Origin: Felis catus
Taxonomy: Eukaryota
Direction of reading: 5' to 3'
Assembly (NCBI RefSeq): GCF_018350175.1
Contig: NC_058369.1
Coordinates: 21,826,001 to 21,890,000, forward strand
DNA length: 64,000 nt
The notes beneath the pieces were generated by a model, which was given only the letters and a program-made list of their open reading frames with translations, did not search any database and had not been told where the DNA came from. The position numbers and the translations under genes were made by a program. This document shows, piece by piece, positions 50,706 through 64,000 of this stretch. The first letter of the stretch is position 1, and every line of letters begins with the position of its first letter.

Positions 50706-51220
50706 TTTTCCCCCACTTCTAAAGCACCTTTATCTTCTTGTATTATTATTTTCTTATTGAAGTGTAGTTGACACCCAATGTTACATTTGTTTCAGCATAC
50801 AACATAGTGACTTGACAAGTGTATCCACTATGCCGTGCTCCGTGCTCCCCATCGCGTAGCTGCCATCTGTCACCACACAACACTGTTACTATGCTGTATT
50901 CTCCATGCTGTACCTTTTACTCCTGTGATTTATTCATTCCATAGCTGGAAGCCTGTATCTCCCACTCCCCTTCACCCATTTTGCCCATCCTTTCACTCCC
51001 TTCCCTCTGGCAACCATCCGTCTTCTTCTCTGTAGTTAAGGGTCTGTTTCTGCTTTTTGTTCATTTATTCATTTGTGTTATTTTTTTAGGTTTCACATAT
51101 AAGTGAAATCATATAGTATTTGTCTTTCTCTCTCTCTGACTTCTTTCACTTAGCAAAATACTCTCTTGGTCCGTCCATGTTGTTGCAAATGGTGATATCT
51201 CATTCTTTTTTTATGGCTGA

Positions 51221-51276
<56 letters not shown>

Positions 51277-51414
51277 TATGATTCATATATATATATTCAA
51301 TCAGTTATATTGAACTGATATATATGAATATATATTCATATCTATATGATATGTGTGATATGTGATATATATCTATATCTATCTATCTCACATCTTCTTT
51401 TATTTGTTCATCTA
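50706..51414 (-). mobile_element. 5'-truncated carnivore L1 3' end containing a (TA)n tract
   Basis: L1 3' UTR motifs; 20-nt TSD with one mismatch at 50686-50705 and 51415-51434. Confidence 0.8.
51224..51390. repeat. (TA)n microsatellite and AT-rich degenerate extension
   Basis: Directly visible. Confidence 0.9.
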
Positions 51415-51830
51415 AAGGATCAACTGTATTTCTTAAGCCAACACAATAAGAAAGAATTTAAAGGCATCAATCTGCTGTGTTAACTCTGTAACCTGAAATC
51501 TTCCTTGTTGACTCTACAGATTAATACGAAATGTACTAAGTATGGACAACAGAACTTAGAGACTTTTTTTGTTCACGAGTTCTTTTCTATATCTTTCCAG
51601 TTTTAGTTCTGGTTTGCTTCTAGTCTTATATAACCATTATTCATTTACTAATATTTATTTTTCTGGTGAAATTGCCATCATAATCACTTCTACATATGCA
51701 TTTAATTCATTTAATGAGTCTTAGCTCCCTTCAACACAAAATTTGTTCAGTGGCTAAAGCATATTAATAAATTGTTGAACTCTTATGGATTGGATGTGCA
51801 CACAGATACACTTAAGAATGAATATGTATT

Positions 51831-52144
51831 GGGGTGCCCGTGTGGCTCAGTCAGTTAAGTGCCCAAATTCATCTCAGGTCATGGTCTTGAGGTTTGTGAC
51901 TTTGAGCCCCATCTCGGGCTCTGTGCTGACAGCTCGGAGCTTGGAGCTTAGAGCCTGCTTCGGATTCTGTGTCTCCCTCTCTCTGCCCCTCCCCCCCAAT
52001 AAATAAACATTAAAAAAACCCACAATGAATATGTATCTTCACTGTACCCTCCCACTTTGAGGTAAAATCACAGTGTTACATTTTTTTTAATGTTTATTTA
52101 TTTTTGAGAGAGAGAGAGAGACTGAGACAGAGCACTAGTGGGGG

Positions 52145-52195
<51 letters not shown>

Positions 52196-52279
52196 CTGAA
52201 GCAGGCTCCAGGCTTTGAGCCGTCAGCACAGAGCCTGATGAGGGGCTCGAACCCACTGACTGACCCACCCAGGAACCCC
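51831..52279. mobile_element. Two SINEC tail-to-tail (51831-52018 +, 52081-52279 -)
   Basis: SINEC consensus motifs; TSDs AATGAATATGTAT and CACAGTG/ATTACATT. Confidence 0.87.
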
Positions 52280-54249
52280 ACACAGTATTACATTCTTAAA
52301 GGGTTCAGTGCTTTGTTTTTTCTGCTTACATATTGTCTTAATTTGGGTATCCAATATGTGATCCAACATGTGAGCTTGAGGCAAAACTGACACAAGATTC
52401 GTGGGAGGCTTTCTTGTGTAAATCAATTATTACATGATTTGTGGAATAACAAATATGGTCCAGATATAGTTTATGTTATTTTGGTAAACTTGATTACATT
52501 TATCCTGAAGGTACAAATATTAGTTAATCCTATCTTTCCCCACTCAATTGCACTCATAACATAAAATAATGTTAAACACAAAATAATGTACACTAAAAAG
52601 CACTTTGAATTATGGAAATGCTGTAATTTAACGGAGATTAGCTGTCACAATATGAAAAACCATTCACTCATCTGTATGTTGCCTGCAGCCTTGAATTTAA
52701 GGACTATTCCCTGTTCTGGACCTTGAAGGAGATATCAATATTCATTATCTGAGGAGAAGAGCATAAATTACCCTTAGCTATCCAATAAACATTAACCCAA
52801 AAGATAATAGAAAAACCCATTTCTCCTGTGCAATAAAATTGTTGCCACTACTGTGATAAAGGAGGTTGAACTAGGTCAGGAGCAGTCCTTTTTACATTGC
52901 TCAAGAACACTAGAAGGATTAAAAATTTATGGATTACCTCCTAGAAACAATGATCTGGTACAGAAATGTAATAAAACACCCACTCTCCTGTGTCTTCCTA
53001 AGCTGCTCCGTGCCGTTTCATTTTCTGATTGTATTAACATGACAACTTTCCAAAGCTCTAGAAACTGTCTTTTGGCAAAGATGAAGATTTTCAAACTAAA
53101 AGAATTTTTATTGAAAATCCCGAGGCAGATGGTGTAAAAAGGTAATGTTAAAATGTGAACCAAATAGAATCATTTTGTGTATATTCGGTATATTTGTAAT
53201 TTTGTCTTACTTAGGTCGCTGATAAGTACAAGCAAAAGAACAAAAGTGAAGTAAAAGGATATGGCATTAAGATATTATACTATATTAATGGTCCTTTGGA
53301 TAAAATTGTGTGAAAAACACGATATAGTTATTTTTATGTGAAATCTTCCTGTACCAAAAGCTGGCAAAATTATTTCTTTAAAGACCTATAGTTTTGAAAA
53401 ATTATTCATTTATGTTTCTTTAATCTTTCAGACTCCTCTAAGTCTTTGTACTTTTTAAGAGCATTTTTAGAGCACACATGTTTGTATATTTAATGCTGGA
53501 AAATAATCTAGGTGGGACTATTTGGATATAAATGTACTTAGTTTTAAGGGATTTGGGGAGATGGGGCTTTTTATTTGTAAATGTCTAAAAGTCATGCATT
53601 TCCCAAGTATTGATGGATGCTTTCATATAGGAGGGTTTTTGTTTTCTTTTCCAGTGACTCCTTTCCTATCTTCGCTTTCCACTGATGGCCTTTTATTCTT
53701 CAATAATGAAACATAGGAAAACATACACAGTTCCAAACCTTCCATTTATCTGTTTTTGAGCTAAATTGCCTTGAGGTTAAGTAAAGGTAATGGAAATATG
53801 ATTACTCAGGTGAAACATTACCATATGGGCATTTTCTGCTCTTTACAGATGCCTGCATTTAAAGTAATCTACTAGAAACTGAGGCTTGGGAGGGAAAAAT
53901 TCCCTCCCATAGCTTATACTAATAGCATATATGCGAATAAAACTCTCGAACTCGTTAGTCCACGAATCCCTGAGGATTGGAGTACATCATCTGTAGGGAA
54001 GCAGCCAAGAGATCTGTTGAAAGGCACATCATACCAAAGAAATGAACCGTGTAACTTGCAATTGCTAGAAATACATCAGCTGAACCAAACTGACAGGTAA
54101 TCTTAATGTCATATTTTGGTGTGTCTTCTCAGAATAAGCCAGGAGTCTTTTCTTGGCCCTACAAAGAAGTTGACTGATCTTTAAAGTTTTAATAGCATAG
54201 ATCTTTCTGATGTGAGCTAGAAAGTTCTTTTTAAAAAGTAACAGGGGCT

Positions 54250-55091
54250 GGGGGCGCCTGGGTGGCTCAGTTGGTTAAGCATAGGACTTCGGCTCAGGTC
54301 ATGATCTCTCGGTTTGTGAGTTAGAGCCCCATGTCGGGCTCTGTGCTGACAGCTCAGAGCCTGGAGCCTGCTTCAGATTCTGTGTCTCCCTCTCTCTCTG
54401 CCCCTCCCCTGCTAACGGTCTGTCTCTCTCTATCAATAATAAATAATAAATGTTAAAAAAAAGTAATAGGGGCTATAAAAAAGGAGCAGTCTTTGGATTT
54501 TGTCCTTCAAACTCGAGACTGGTAGTGCAAAATAGGTTTCAGAGGCAAAGTCAATGAGTTTATGTCATTCTTATTCAGTCTGGCAGAGGGTAAATGCTTT
54601 AACATTGTGAAACAAAAAAGAACTGACCTTTTATGAAAATGTAGGTTAGGCCCACATCCACCAGACCCACGCATTGCATAGAACTGAGCTGAGCAAAATG
54701 AGCTGCTGATTGCACAATCTCATAGTGTGGCCGTGCCTTAGGGTCACCTGTCCTCCAAGATGCAGATGGGGAGAAAAGGGCATTTTAAAAGCTGAGAGAA
54801 AAACACAGACATGGCTTTCTTTTGATCTTCTACCCAGCTTTTGAATCTACTTTTATTTAAAACCATCATCATCACTTATATGTATATTAAATACTTTATT
54901 TTTTTTTAAGTTTGTTTTTGAGAGAGAGAGAGAGAGCACCAGCCCATGTGCATGCATGTGGGGGAGGGGCAGAGAGAGAGGGGGACAGAGGATCCAAAGC
55001 AGGCTCTATGCTGACAGCAGTGAGCCCGATGCAGGGCTCAAACTCAAGAACCATGAGATCGTGACCTGAGCCGGACACACTCAGGCACCCC
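54250..55091. mobile_element. Two SINEC (54250-54462 +, 54895-55091 -)
   Basis: SINEC consensus motifs. Confidence 0.87.
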
Positions 55092-55322
55092 AAAACGCTT
55101 TACTTTTAACTCTAAACCAAAATCATAGCAACAAACCTTTGAGGATTCAGTAGCATCTTTTTCAATAAATATTAGGCAGTTCAATTTTGCATAGAATTAA
55201 TTGACCAAACAATCTTGACCTAACAGTTCCAGGATAAGAAAATTGGTCAATTACATCTGAGCTCTGCCATGATGACAAAGCACCACTCTTCCGGTACTTT
55301 GATCTTTTAATACGCTCCCTGC

Positions 55323-56041
55323 TGTAGGGGAGGAAAAGCTCTCCTCAACCATACTAGGGTCCTTAATAGGCTGAGTCTGAAGTTCAAAATGACAAAGATA
55401 GCAGGAGAAGAACATACACATTGATTTAATTCAAGTTTTACGTGACCCAAGACTTCCTTCATCATGAGGAAATGAAAATCCAAAGAAAATGGTTAAGCTT
55501 GAGTGTTTTTTTTTTAAAGTTTATTTATTTATTTTGAAAACTACAGAGACAGAGCAAGTGGGGGAGGGGTAGAGAGAGAGAAGGAGAGAGAGAATCCCAA
55601 GCAGGCTCTGCACTGCCAGCACAGAGCCCTATGCGGGGCTTGAACTCATGAACTGTGGGATCATGACTTGAGCCGAAACCAAGAGTTGGACACCCAATTG
55701 ACTAAGCCACCAGGGCACCCCAAGCCTCAGTGTTTTTATGCTGGGTTTGATAAGAACGGGAAGTTGCAGAAAGACATGATAGGGCAAAGAGTATGAGCTA
55801 AGTGTAAACTGAGGGGAATTCAGCAAGGTCTGTTTAAATTCCTTTCTGTGTCCCTGTGTCTTCTGAAATAAGAAAGCTTCTTTCCTCTGGGTCTAAGGAG
55901 GGCATCTCTCATGTGAGGGTCTTATGACCTGCTTCAGGGGAAGGTCAGAGAGTCCTTACTGCTTTCTCAAGTTCCTGGAGCCTGAAATATTCAATGTGCC
56001 AAGATGCCATATTTTGGGGTAATGTGTCCTGAACCCCATCA
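55323..56041 (-). mobile_element. ERV1-class solo LTR (MER34/MER39-like) with nested SINE
   Basis: TG...CA termini and 4-bp TSD CTGC (55319-55322; 56042-56045). Minus-strand start TGATGGGGTTCAGGACACATTACCCCAAAATATGGC. Confidence 0.8.
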
Positions 56042-56811
56042 CTGCTGTGGAAATATTTATCGCTTTCACTGAACATGCGTATCTATTACCTCTTTTAATC
56101 CTCAACACAAGACAGGGCAAGGACGTTTATCCTTGTTTTATTTGGGGGAGAATGGGCGTTCCGGTAAACTAAGTGACGGAGCCAGTACCCACAACCACGG
56201 GGCCCATCCCACAAGGTTGCTCTGCCTCGCTGTCCATGGACTCATCTGGGTTCTCGGCTCCTTGGCATCCAAGAACATCAGGCAGCAAAACTGATAAACA
56301 AATGCTAATGTACCAACGGTGGTCTAGTGGACCACTGCCAGGTAATGTGCATTTCGCCTGAGCTATCCTGCTAGAGCTTTTCTGGTGGCTGTTTCAGAAA
56401 GTATTAAAGATAGTTTTATGCTAGAAGGATAATGGAACTGGGCTGTGAAACAAGACAGGAGAAACACATAAAAATTCTAGCGTCCATAAAATCTTGTTAG
56501 ATAGCATAAAAACTTTGGGAACTATTTTTGGAAGGCACTCATGGTGGACTTAACTCTTAATTTTTCTGTCTTGAAGCAGAGCACAGGCTTGCTTCCTTGT
56601 CTGTTGCTCCTTCATTGCTGAACAGCTCAGTACATTCACTCTGACAGGACGGGATGTTGGGGCATCTGTCCCTGGCTTCCCTTCCTTCTCTGCAGGTGGG
56701 ATACCATGATGTTACGGTGCTCCTGCTGTAATAGAGTCAACTCTGGGTCTCAGGGGCTGATGATCCGATCTGTGGAATGTCCAGGGTATTCACTTTTTAA
56801 AACCTTTTTAA

Positions 56812-57601
56812 AAATTGAGATATAATTGGTATATAGCATCCTATTAGTTGCAGATTACAGCATAAGGATTTGATATTTGTATGCATTGTGAAATGATTAC
56901 CACCGTCACCACACAGTTATAAACATTTTTGTCTTCTGGTAAGAGCTCTTCAGATCACGGGCGCCTGGGTAGCTCAGTCGGCTGAGTGTCTGACATCAGC
57001 TTAGGCCATATCTTGTCGTTCTTGAGTTTGATCTCTGTGTCGGGCTCTGTGCTGACAGCTCAGAGCCTGGAGCCTGCTTTGGATTCTGTGTCTCCCTCTC
57101 TCTCTCTGGCCCTCCCCCACTTGCGTTCTGTCTCTTTGTCTCTCAAAAATAAATAAACGTTAAAAAATTAAAAAGAAACAGGGGCACCTGGGTGGCTCAG
57201 TCGGTTGAGCATCCGACTTCGGCTCAGGTCATGATTTCACAGTCCATGAGTTCAAGCCCTGTGTCGGGCTCTGTGCTGACAGCTCGGAGCCTGGAGCCTG
57301 CTTTGGATTCTGTGTTTCCCTCTCTCTGCCCCTCCCCTGCTTATGCTCTGTCTCTCTCTCTGTCTCAAAAATAAATAAAAACATTAAAAAATTAAAAAAA
57401 ATTAAAATGAAATAAAAAAAGACCTCTTCAGATCGACTTTCTTAGCAACTTTAAAACACCCAATACAGTATTATTAACTAGAGTTACCATGCTGTACTTT
57501 ACATCCCCATGACTTATGTATTTATTTATTTTTTAAAAATGTTTGTTTATTTTGAGAGAGAGAGAGCAAGCCAAAGCATGAGTTGGGGAGAAGGGAGAGA
57601 A

Positions 57602-57650
<49 letters not shown>

Positions 57651-58130
57651 CCCAGGCAGGTTCTATGCTGTCATCTGGGAGCCCGAAATGAGGCCCCGAC
57701 TCACAATCCATGAGGTCATGACCTGAGACGAAACCAGAGTCAGATGCTTAAGTGAATGAGCCACTCAGGTGCCCCTGACTTATTTATTTTATAATTGGAG
57801 ATTTGTACCTTTTGACCACCTTCACTCATGTCACTCACCCTTTATGCCCTGCCTCAGGCAACCAGCAATCTGTTCTCTGTATCTGTGAGGCTTTTTGTTT
57901 TGTTTTTTAAGATTTTAAGATTTTGTTTTTAAGATGTAAGAGGTCATAGAGTATTTCTCTTTCTCAGTCCGACTTCCCTCACTTAGCATAATGCCCTTAA
58001 GGTCCATCCACGTTGTCACCAATGGCAGGATTTCCTTCTTTTTTTGTGTGGCTGATTAATATTCCATTGTATGTATATACCACATCTTCTTTGTCCATTC
58101 ATCCATCAATAAATACTTAGGTTGCTTCCT
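56812..58130 (-). mobile_element. Carnivore L1 3' fragment carrying three nested SINEs
   Basis: L1 3' UTR motifs resume after each SINE. TSD AAGAGCTCTTCAGATC / AAGACCTCTTCAGATC around the tandem SINE pair. Confidence 0.75.
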
Positions 58131-58689
58131 TTTCTCTTTTCTTAGCATTTTTCTGCTTATCAGAATTTCCATCGGGTAATTAGGAGCTAAGAAGGGAAGT
58201 TAGGGGAGGGAGGGAAATGAGCAACACAGAGCAGTATATGGTTAAGTGCCAAGGAAATAGTACTGACAGCCAGGGCTGAGTCCCAGATGAAGGACGTGCA
58301 GAGAAGCCATCATGGAGGACACAGAACTGGAATTGAACCTTGGTGATGGGTGAAATTAGGATAGGCTGAGAGGAGAGAAGACACCAATGTTCTCCCCCCC
58401 CCTTTTGTTTTGTTACAGAGAAAACCATATGGATTCTCTTTGGGGTTACATTCTTGAGTAATATTTCTTGGAACATTCTTGGAAAGAATGTTCTCCATGT
58501 CTCCTATTTGCTGTGATGTGCTGAAGCAGTATCTCACCAATGGCTTTAAGACACCGATGTCTGAGCATTCTAAAGCAGAAAGTCAAAAAAGAACCCCAGT
58601 CTTGGCTCCGCCACCTGATGGCTGGCTCCTCAGGAGAAGTCAAATGACTTCTCTGGATCTGTTTTCTCATCTAAGAAAAAAAAAGGGGG

Positions 58690-58935
58690 AGAGGCACCTG
58701 GGTGGCTTGGTCAGTTGAACATCAGACTTCTGCTCAGGTCATGACCTCACAGCCTGTGAGTTTGAGCCCCTCGTGGGGCTCTGTGCTGACAGCTGGGCGC
58801 TCTGTGCTGACAGCTCAGAGCCTGGAGCCTACTTTGGATTCTGTGTCTCTGGTTCTCTCTGCCCCTCCCCCGCTCAAGCTTGTCTGTTTCTCTCTCTCTC
58901 AAAAATAAAATGAACGTTAAAAAAATTAAAAAAAA
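58690..58935 (+). mobile_element. SINEC with an internal duplication of GCTCTGTGCTGACAGCT
   Basis: SINEC consensus motifs; the duplicated 17-mer is visible at ~58778-58815. Confidence 0.87.
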
Positions 58936-60229
58936 TAGGGTTAATAATACCTACCTCCTAGGCTTGTAGAAATTTGCCTGTATTGAGAAAACGTGGGCAA
59001 ATTAACTGACATGGTACTTTCCACATGGTAAGGGCTCAATCAATCACAATGTTCTTTTCTTTTCTCACAGTCCATAAATTAGCTTTGTCATTTTATAAGT
59101 AGAGGACAATCAGCATAGCCCCTGGCAGCATGTGAAGAATGTGGTACTTCTGCTGAAATGCGTGTCTCTGGAATGTGGGTCAACCTTCTTGGAAACCCAA
59201 GCCTGCCCTCTCACTGGTGGCCACCCAAAGACCCTCATCCCTGTCTGGGAAATGGATGGTGGCACCATGGTTCACACTTCCTGGTACATTGCCATCCACA
59301 ACTCTAGAGAGTCTTGGAACACACGCTAGCTGTCAAGAGGATTGAAGTACAGCGGAGTTTAGGACCGAAAAGTGCTGAGGCCAGGCATATATGTTAAAAA
59401 GTGAGGACATTCGTTAGCCAAGGACAAGTGCATACTGCTAGGTAATCAGGAGTTTCTCAGTGAGCTAGTCCGGCACAGAGCTACAGTAATTTTTCTTACA
59501 TATATTTTCCTGGTGGCCGTCCAAAATCCTATAGTAGTATAATCAGATGGAGCAGACATACTGGTTAAACCTGCTCTTTATCAGCAGAAAGAGAGGGAGA
59601 AATAGCCTATGTGCTCTGTTTAATTGATTGAAACTTCTTACTGGAAAAGCAGCCACTGTGAGGGGGAGAATCTGGTTTTGGTGCCTCTTGTAAGACTAGG
59701 AATTAAAGAAAGGGGGAGGTTGCATTATCACAGCCCTCGGTCCTCCCGGCAAGCTGAATAATATCCCTTTAAAAGCCAAACATAATTTCAGAATGAATCA
59801 GGTACACACCTATGAGTCTTGTGTCCTGATGCTCCAAGGTTTCTGTTGAATTAACAATAGTAAAAGCAATAACACAAACGGCAAAGTTTTCCATTCAGAG
59901 AAATGGATCTAAGGCGAAAACTCCCCCGAGCCCCACAAAGTACAATCACCTGTTTTAACCTGTGCTACAACCACAGGGAGGGAGGGGCTTCCGTGGCTCT
60001 GTGGGATTGCTTCTGCTGGGCACCCCGTCTGCAGCACGGCAAGGTCACCACCTTCTCGTCTGCAGGGGCCTCTGTTCCCTCTTACCTGCTCAGACACCCA
60101 GCAAGTCCGTAGAGGAGGGTTGGATTTGTCTTGAAGAAAGTGTTTTTTCTCTGGGAGATGAGGTGTTAGGAACAGGGCATCAGGAGAAGCTCTTAGAGGT
60201 AAGAAAATGTTATTTTTTAAAAAAAAGAT

Positions 60230-60715
60230 TTTTATTTTTTTAAAGTACTCTCTACATCCAGCATGGGGCTCGAACTCACAACCCCGAGATGGAGCGTTCC
60301 ATGCTCCACCGGTTGAACCAGCCAGGTGCCTCAAAAATCATGATATTATTACTACCCTCTTTTCCTCGCCTTATCATTAAACAGTGAAAAAAGGGGTCAC
60401 TTTTAAAAATATTTGAAAATAGGCTTCTAATGTTTTAGGCAGATGACCAAACTCTTGTTCAGAATGGCTTTTGGACCAGAGAGTTGGATAGTCACCTGGT
60501 AGAAAAGAGAGATTAAAGGTAGTTTTAACAATGTGAAGAAAAAAATCAATACAATCTTTTATTGTTATTTAATGACAGTGGTATATGCAGACTCCATTTC
60601 GATGGGGACCACACTTAGTGGGGAGCCCAGTGTGGGGCTCGATCCCATGACTCTGGCGATCATGAGCCAAAATCAAGAGTTGGATGCTCAACCGACTGAG
60701 CCACCCAGGTGCCCC
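60230..60715 (-). mobile_element. Two short SINEC (60230-60331; ~60615-60715)
   Basis: gagccacccaggtgcccc-type heads. Confidence 0.78.
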
Positions 60716-61710
60716 TGAATAGAGGATTTGAAAGGTCACAGAAGAAAGAATTTTCTTTAGGGAGCGTTTTTGCCATTCAAAAGACAAATTTCTCTACCCC
60801 TGAGCTTCCTTATATTTCTGAAGTTAATAATTAATTGCTGTTATGAGAAATCGTCTATCCCGTGTACCCCTCTGCTCCATATTCAAAGCCTAGAGTTTGA
60901 TTTGGTTTGGTTTTGTCCTCAGTGTATTTAAAGACCGAACATCAACGCATCACTGTGTAATCTGGACCAAATCTTAATTTGAATATCTTATTAGTTGAAA
61001 ACCTTTTTCAGTTGTAATTGAAATTTAATTCTGTCCTTTTTAAAACATTGGAAACAAAATATTTCGGGGTTTTCAGGTTGCCTGTGATAGTTGAGTTTGT
61101 ACTGAGATATCCCTAAACAAGCAGTCAGGCTGAGAAGATGTGCACATATGCTAAACGTTAGAATGAATTAAAAGCACGTAGTGGCATTGATGAAAATGTT
61201 ATAGATAGACCTGGGTGTAGCAAAACTGGGAGGTGGTTTTTATCCAGGGGCCTGTGGATGGCCCTTCGAAGTTCTGTGAATGTCCTGGGATTAAAAGCAA
61301 GATTTTGTGTGTGCTTTTGTCTCAGGAGAGGATTGATGGCTTTCCTGAAATTCTCCAAAAGTGCCATGTCCCCCAACCTCCCCAGAAGGTTAGGAACCAC
61401 AAACATTTGAAAATGCTCAGTACATTGGACTCAATTTAAAGCACTGATAAAAAGGAACTTCTTTTTCTACTTGAAAGTCTTGGAATGTTAGGCATAGGAT
61501 CCTACAACTTAACATTTTTTTAAGAATTTCAAACCCCAATGCCATGGTTATAGAAATTATTTCACCAAAAGATAAACCAGATCTTAAAAAGGGACAGCTG
61601 TCTTCAGATGTGATACAGTCTTAACAATTCAAATGAAAAATTTCCTGAGAACTGGTGAATCCGTCAGGAGGCTGGAAGCCGGGTGCCCTGGGCGGAAAAT
61701 GTCTCCTGAG

Positions 61711-61728
61711 CGCCACTGGGGGGCGCTG
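61711..61728 (+). promoter_or_regulatory. Candidate CTCF motif
   Basis: CGCCACTGGGGGGCGCTG fits the CTCF core within a small local CpG-rich patch; motif only. Confidence 0.5.
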
Positions 61729-61959
61729 TGGCACAGGGAGAGAAAGGAACCCCCGGCCTACTAGTCTTCAGCTTCCAACTCCCGTGAGACCTTGGAGAGG
61801 TCATTTAATTTCTCTCCGGGTCTGTTTTGTTATCTGAAGAATGCCATCTGGTCTCTATGTTTCAACGAGACTAAGGTATGACAGACAACAAAGCGCTTTT
61901 TAAAAAGTGCACTACAGCCATTAAAAGAAATACATTGGTAAAGGTTGCCAAGATGTATT

Positions 61960-62325
61960 ACTAAAAAGTTGAGACACAATTCACACGCCATATTATTCAT
62001 TCTATTAAAAAGTATACAACGCAGTGGTTTTCAGTTTATTCCCAAAGATGTGCGGTCACCAGCACTATTTAATCCCATAACATTTTCATCACCCCGCAAA
62101 AGGAAGCTCACATCCGTTAGTAGTTACTCTCCTCCCCCCCCCCCCCCCTTTCTGGTAACTACTAATCTACCTTCTGAATCTATGGATTTGTCTGCTCTGG
62201 ACATTTTTGGCATTCCATATATAATATCCATATTCTGGACATCCCATAAATGGAATCCTATAATATGTGGCCTTTGGTGACTGGCTTCTCTTACTTACAC
62301 TGTTTTAAAAGTTTCCTCCATGGTG
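61960..62325 (-). mobile_element. Old L1 (L1MB-like) 3' end
   Basis: gttgagacacaattcacacgccata...aacattttcatcacccc...tggaatcctataatatgtggcc. Confidence 0.7.
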
Positions 62326-62339
62326 CGATCCTCATACTG

Positions 62340-63865
62340 ATTTATCAGGAGCACTTGACATGATGACCATTTTTCTTTTTCTTTTGACTTCTGGAGCAAC
62401 TTCCTTCTTATGTTCCTCCGGCCACATCTTTCAGCCTCCTTAAATGCTTCTTCCTCCTTATCTTTCAGTCTCTCTTAACGTGGGTAAGCCCCAGGGCTCA
62501 GGCATCAGACCTCTTCTCTTCTTTATGCCTCCTCCCCAGGGCCTTCATCCAGTCTCGTGGGTTTACATCCCATACATGCCATCAACTCCTAAGCTGGTAT
62601 CCCAGCCTGGACTTTCCTCTGAATTCCAGCGCTGTATCCTCATCTCTCCCTGGGTCTCTAGCATACATCGCAAAAGCAATGTGTCACCACACCGCCTGCC
62701 TTCCAATGTGTTCCTCCCACTGCCTTCGCTCTAGTTGCTCAGACCCAAAATTTGATAGGCCTGTGCTTGACTTTATTTTTCTCACCTCCACACTGCATCT
62801 ATGAGCAAATCCTGCTGGCCTTTCCTTCAAAACTCATCCAGAATCCAGCTCCTTCTCATGACCTTCATAGCTAAGCCCTCCTGGTCCAAGCCCTGTTGGC
62901 CTGTTGGATAATTGCAGTAAACTCCTGACTGGTGTCCCTGCTACCTCCCTCATAGTATATTATTAGAAGCTCAAGGGATCGTTTTATTTTATTTTTTTTA
63001 AAGCTTTTTTCTTAATGTTTTGTTTATTTTTGTGAGAGCGAGCAAACATGCACGCGTGAGCGTGGGAGGGGCACAGAGAGAGGGAGACACAGAATCTGAA
63101 GCAGCTCCAGGCTGAGCTGTCAGCACACAGCCTGATGCGGGGCTCGGACTCACCAGCCATGAGATCATGACCTGAGTCAAAGTCGGACGATTAACCGACT
63201 GAGTCACCCAGGCACCCCACCAGGGATCATTTTAAAGTACAAGTCAGATCATATGTCTCTTCTGTTCAAAATTGTTCAGTGGATCCCTATGTTAATTAGA
63301 ATAAAAGCCAAATGTTTTACAGTGTCTTACAAGCCCTACATGATGAGCCCTCCCCTTACCCCATCACACTAACCACCTGCTACTCTCCACCTTGATTTCT
63401 TGGATTCAGCTGCACTGGATTCCTTGCCATTCTTCCTTCATATACAACAAAATGTTTTCATCTCAAGGCTTCTGCACTTTCTGTTTTCTGCCTAGAATGC
63501 TCTTCCTCCAGATGTCTCAGTTCCTCATCTGTTAGTTCTGTGTTTACATGTCACCTAATGAATGAAGCCCACTCTGACCACACTATTTAAAATAGCAACT
63601 TGCACCCAACTCTCTCTCCACATTCCCTATGCCAATTTCTCTGCTTTTCTTTTTTTCTAAAATACTTGCCTACTGGCACATACATATACATGTAAGCATT
63701 TGCAGCCACTCATGCACACATTTTCCACCTATGTACATGTATAGCACACACATGCCCACATTTTTGCACATGTGCATACGTGTATGCATACACATACACC
63801 TAATTGTTTACGTGTCCATTTGCCTATCTTCCCCATCAGAATGTAAGCTTTGTGGATACAGCAAC
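62340..63865 (+). mobile_element. L2 fragment(s) with nested SINE
   Basis: Pyrimidine-rich L2 motifs (ccttcaaaactcatccagaatcc; aagtcagatcatatgtc; agaatgtaagct). Confidence 0.6.
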
Positions 63866-63879
63866 TTAATTTTCTTCCT

Positions 63880-64000
63880 TTCTTTTTTTATATTAAATAT
63901 AATTTATTGTCAAATTGGTTTCCATACAACCCCCAGTGCTCATTCCAACAGGTGCCCTCCTCCATGCCCATCACCCACTTTCCCCTCTCCCCCACCCCCT
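63880..64000 (-). mobile_element. Felid L1 3' end (runs off the window)
   Basis: aatttattgtcaaattggtttccatacaacccccagtgctcattcc after a T-rich tail. Confidence 0.75.

Noticed and set aside
56703..56765. Possible C/D-box snoRNA (ATGATG...CTGA)
   Set aside because: Box C is imperfect (ATGATGT), the location is intergenic, and there is no convincing terminal stem or guide.
1552..63207. Dozens of ORF-track ORFs with MAQSV.../AQVMIS.../SGSVLTAQSLEPASDS motifs that look like a repeated protein family
   Set aside because: They are translations of SINEC copies, not genes.

Overview
Mammalian (very likely felid, judging by SINEC_Fc-type tRNA-derived SINEs and L1_Fc-type 3' ends) genomic DNA. The minus strand carries the 5' part of DCP1A (mRNA decapping enzyme 1A): coding exons 1-6 (135, 41, 128, 67, 139 and 114 nt; 624 nt = 208 codons, with the EVH1 domain encoded by exons 1-4/5). 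All of their splice sites are GT-AG and the frame stays open. A CpG-island promoter lies at about 44.6-45.4 kb, and exon 7 onward lies beyond position 1. Intron 3 contains a decayed RPL10 processed pseudogene, with TOP-like 5' end, poly(A) and TSDs, inserted into the tail of an old L1. The ~19 kb upstream is intergenic and repeat-rich (SINEs, L1/L2 fragments, an ERV1 solo LTR, an MLT1 LTR, a Tigger element). Most ORF-track ORFs are spurious repeat ORFs. I found no convincing novel multi-gene system. The best leads are regulatory: a candidate poison exon in intron 5, an in-frame upstream AUG, an orphan CpG-rich patch in intron 4, a three-SINE insertion hotspot forming an inverted pair, and internally deleted L1s. 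Repeat coordinates are approximate and family names come from memory of consensus motifs, not from a database search.
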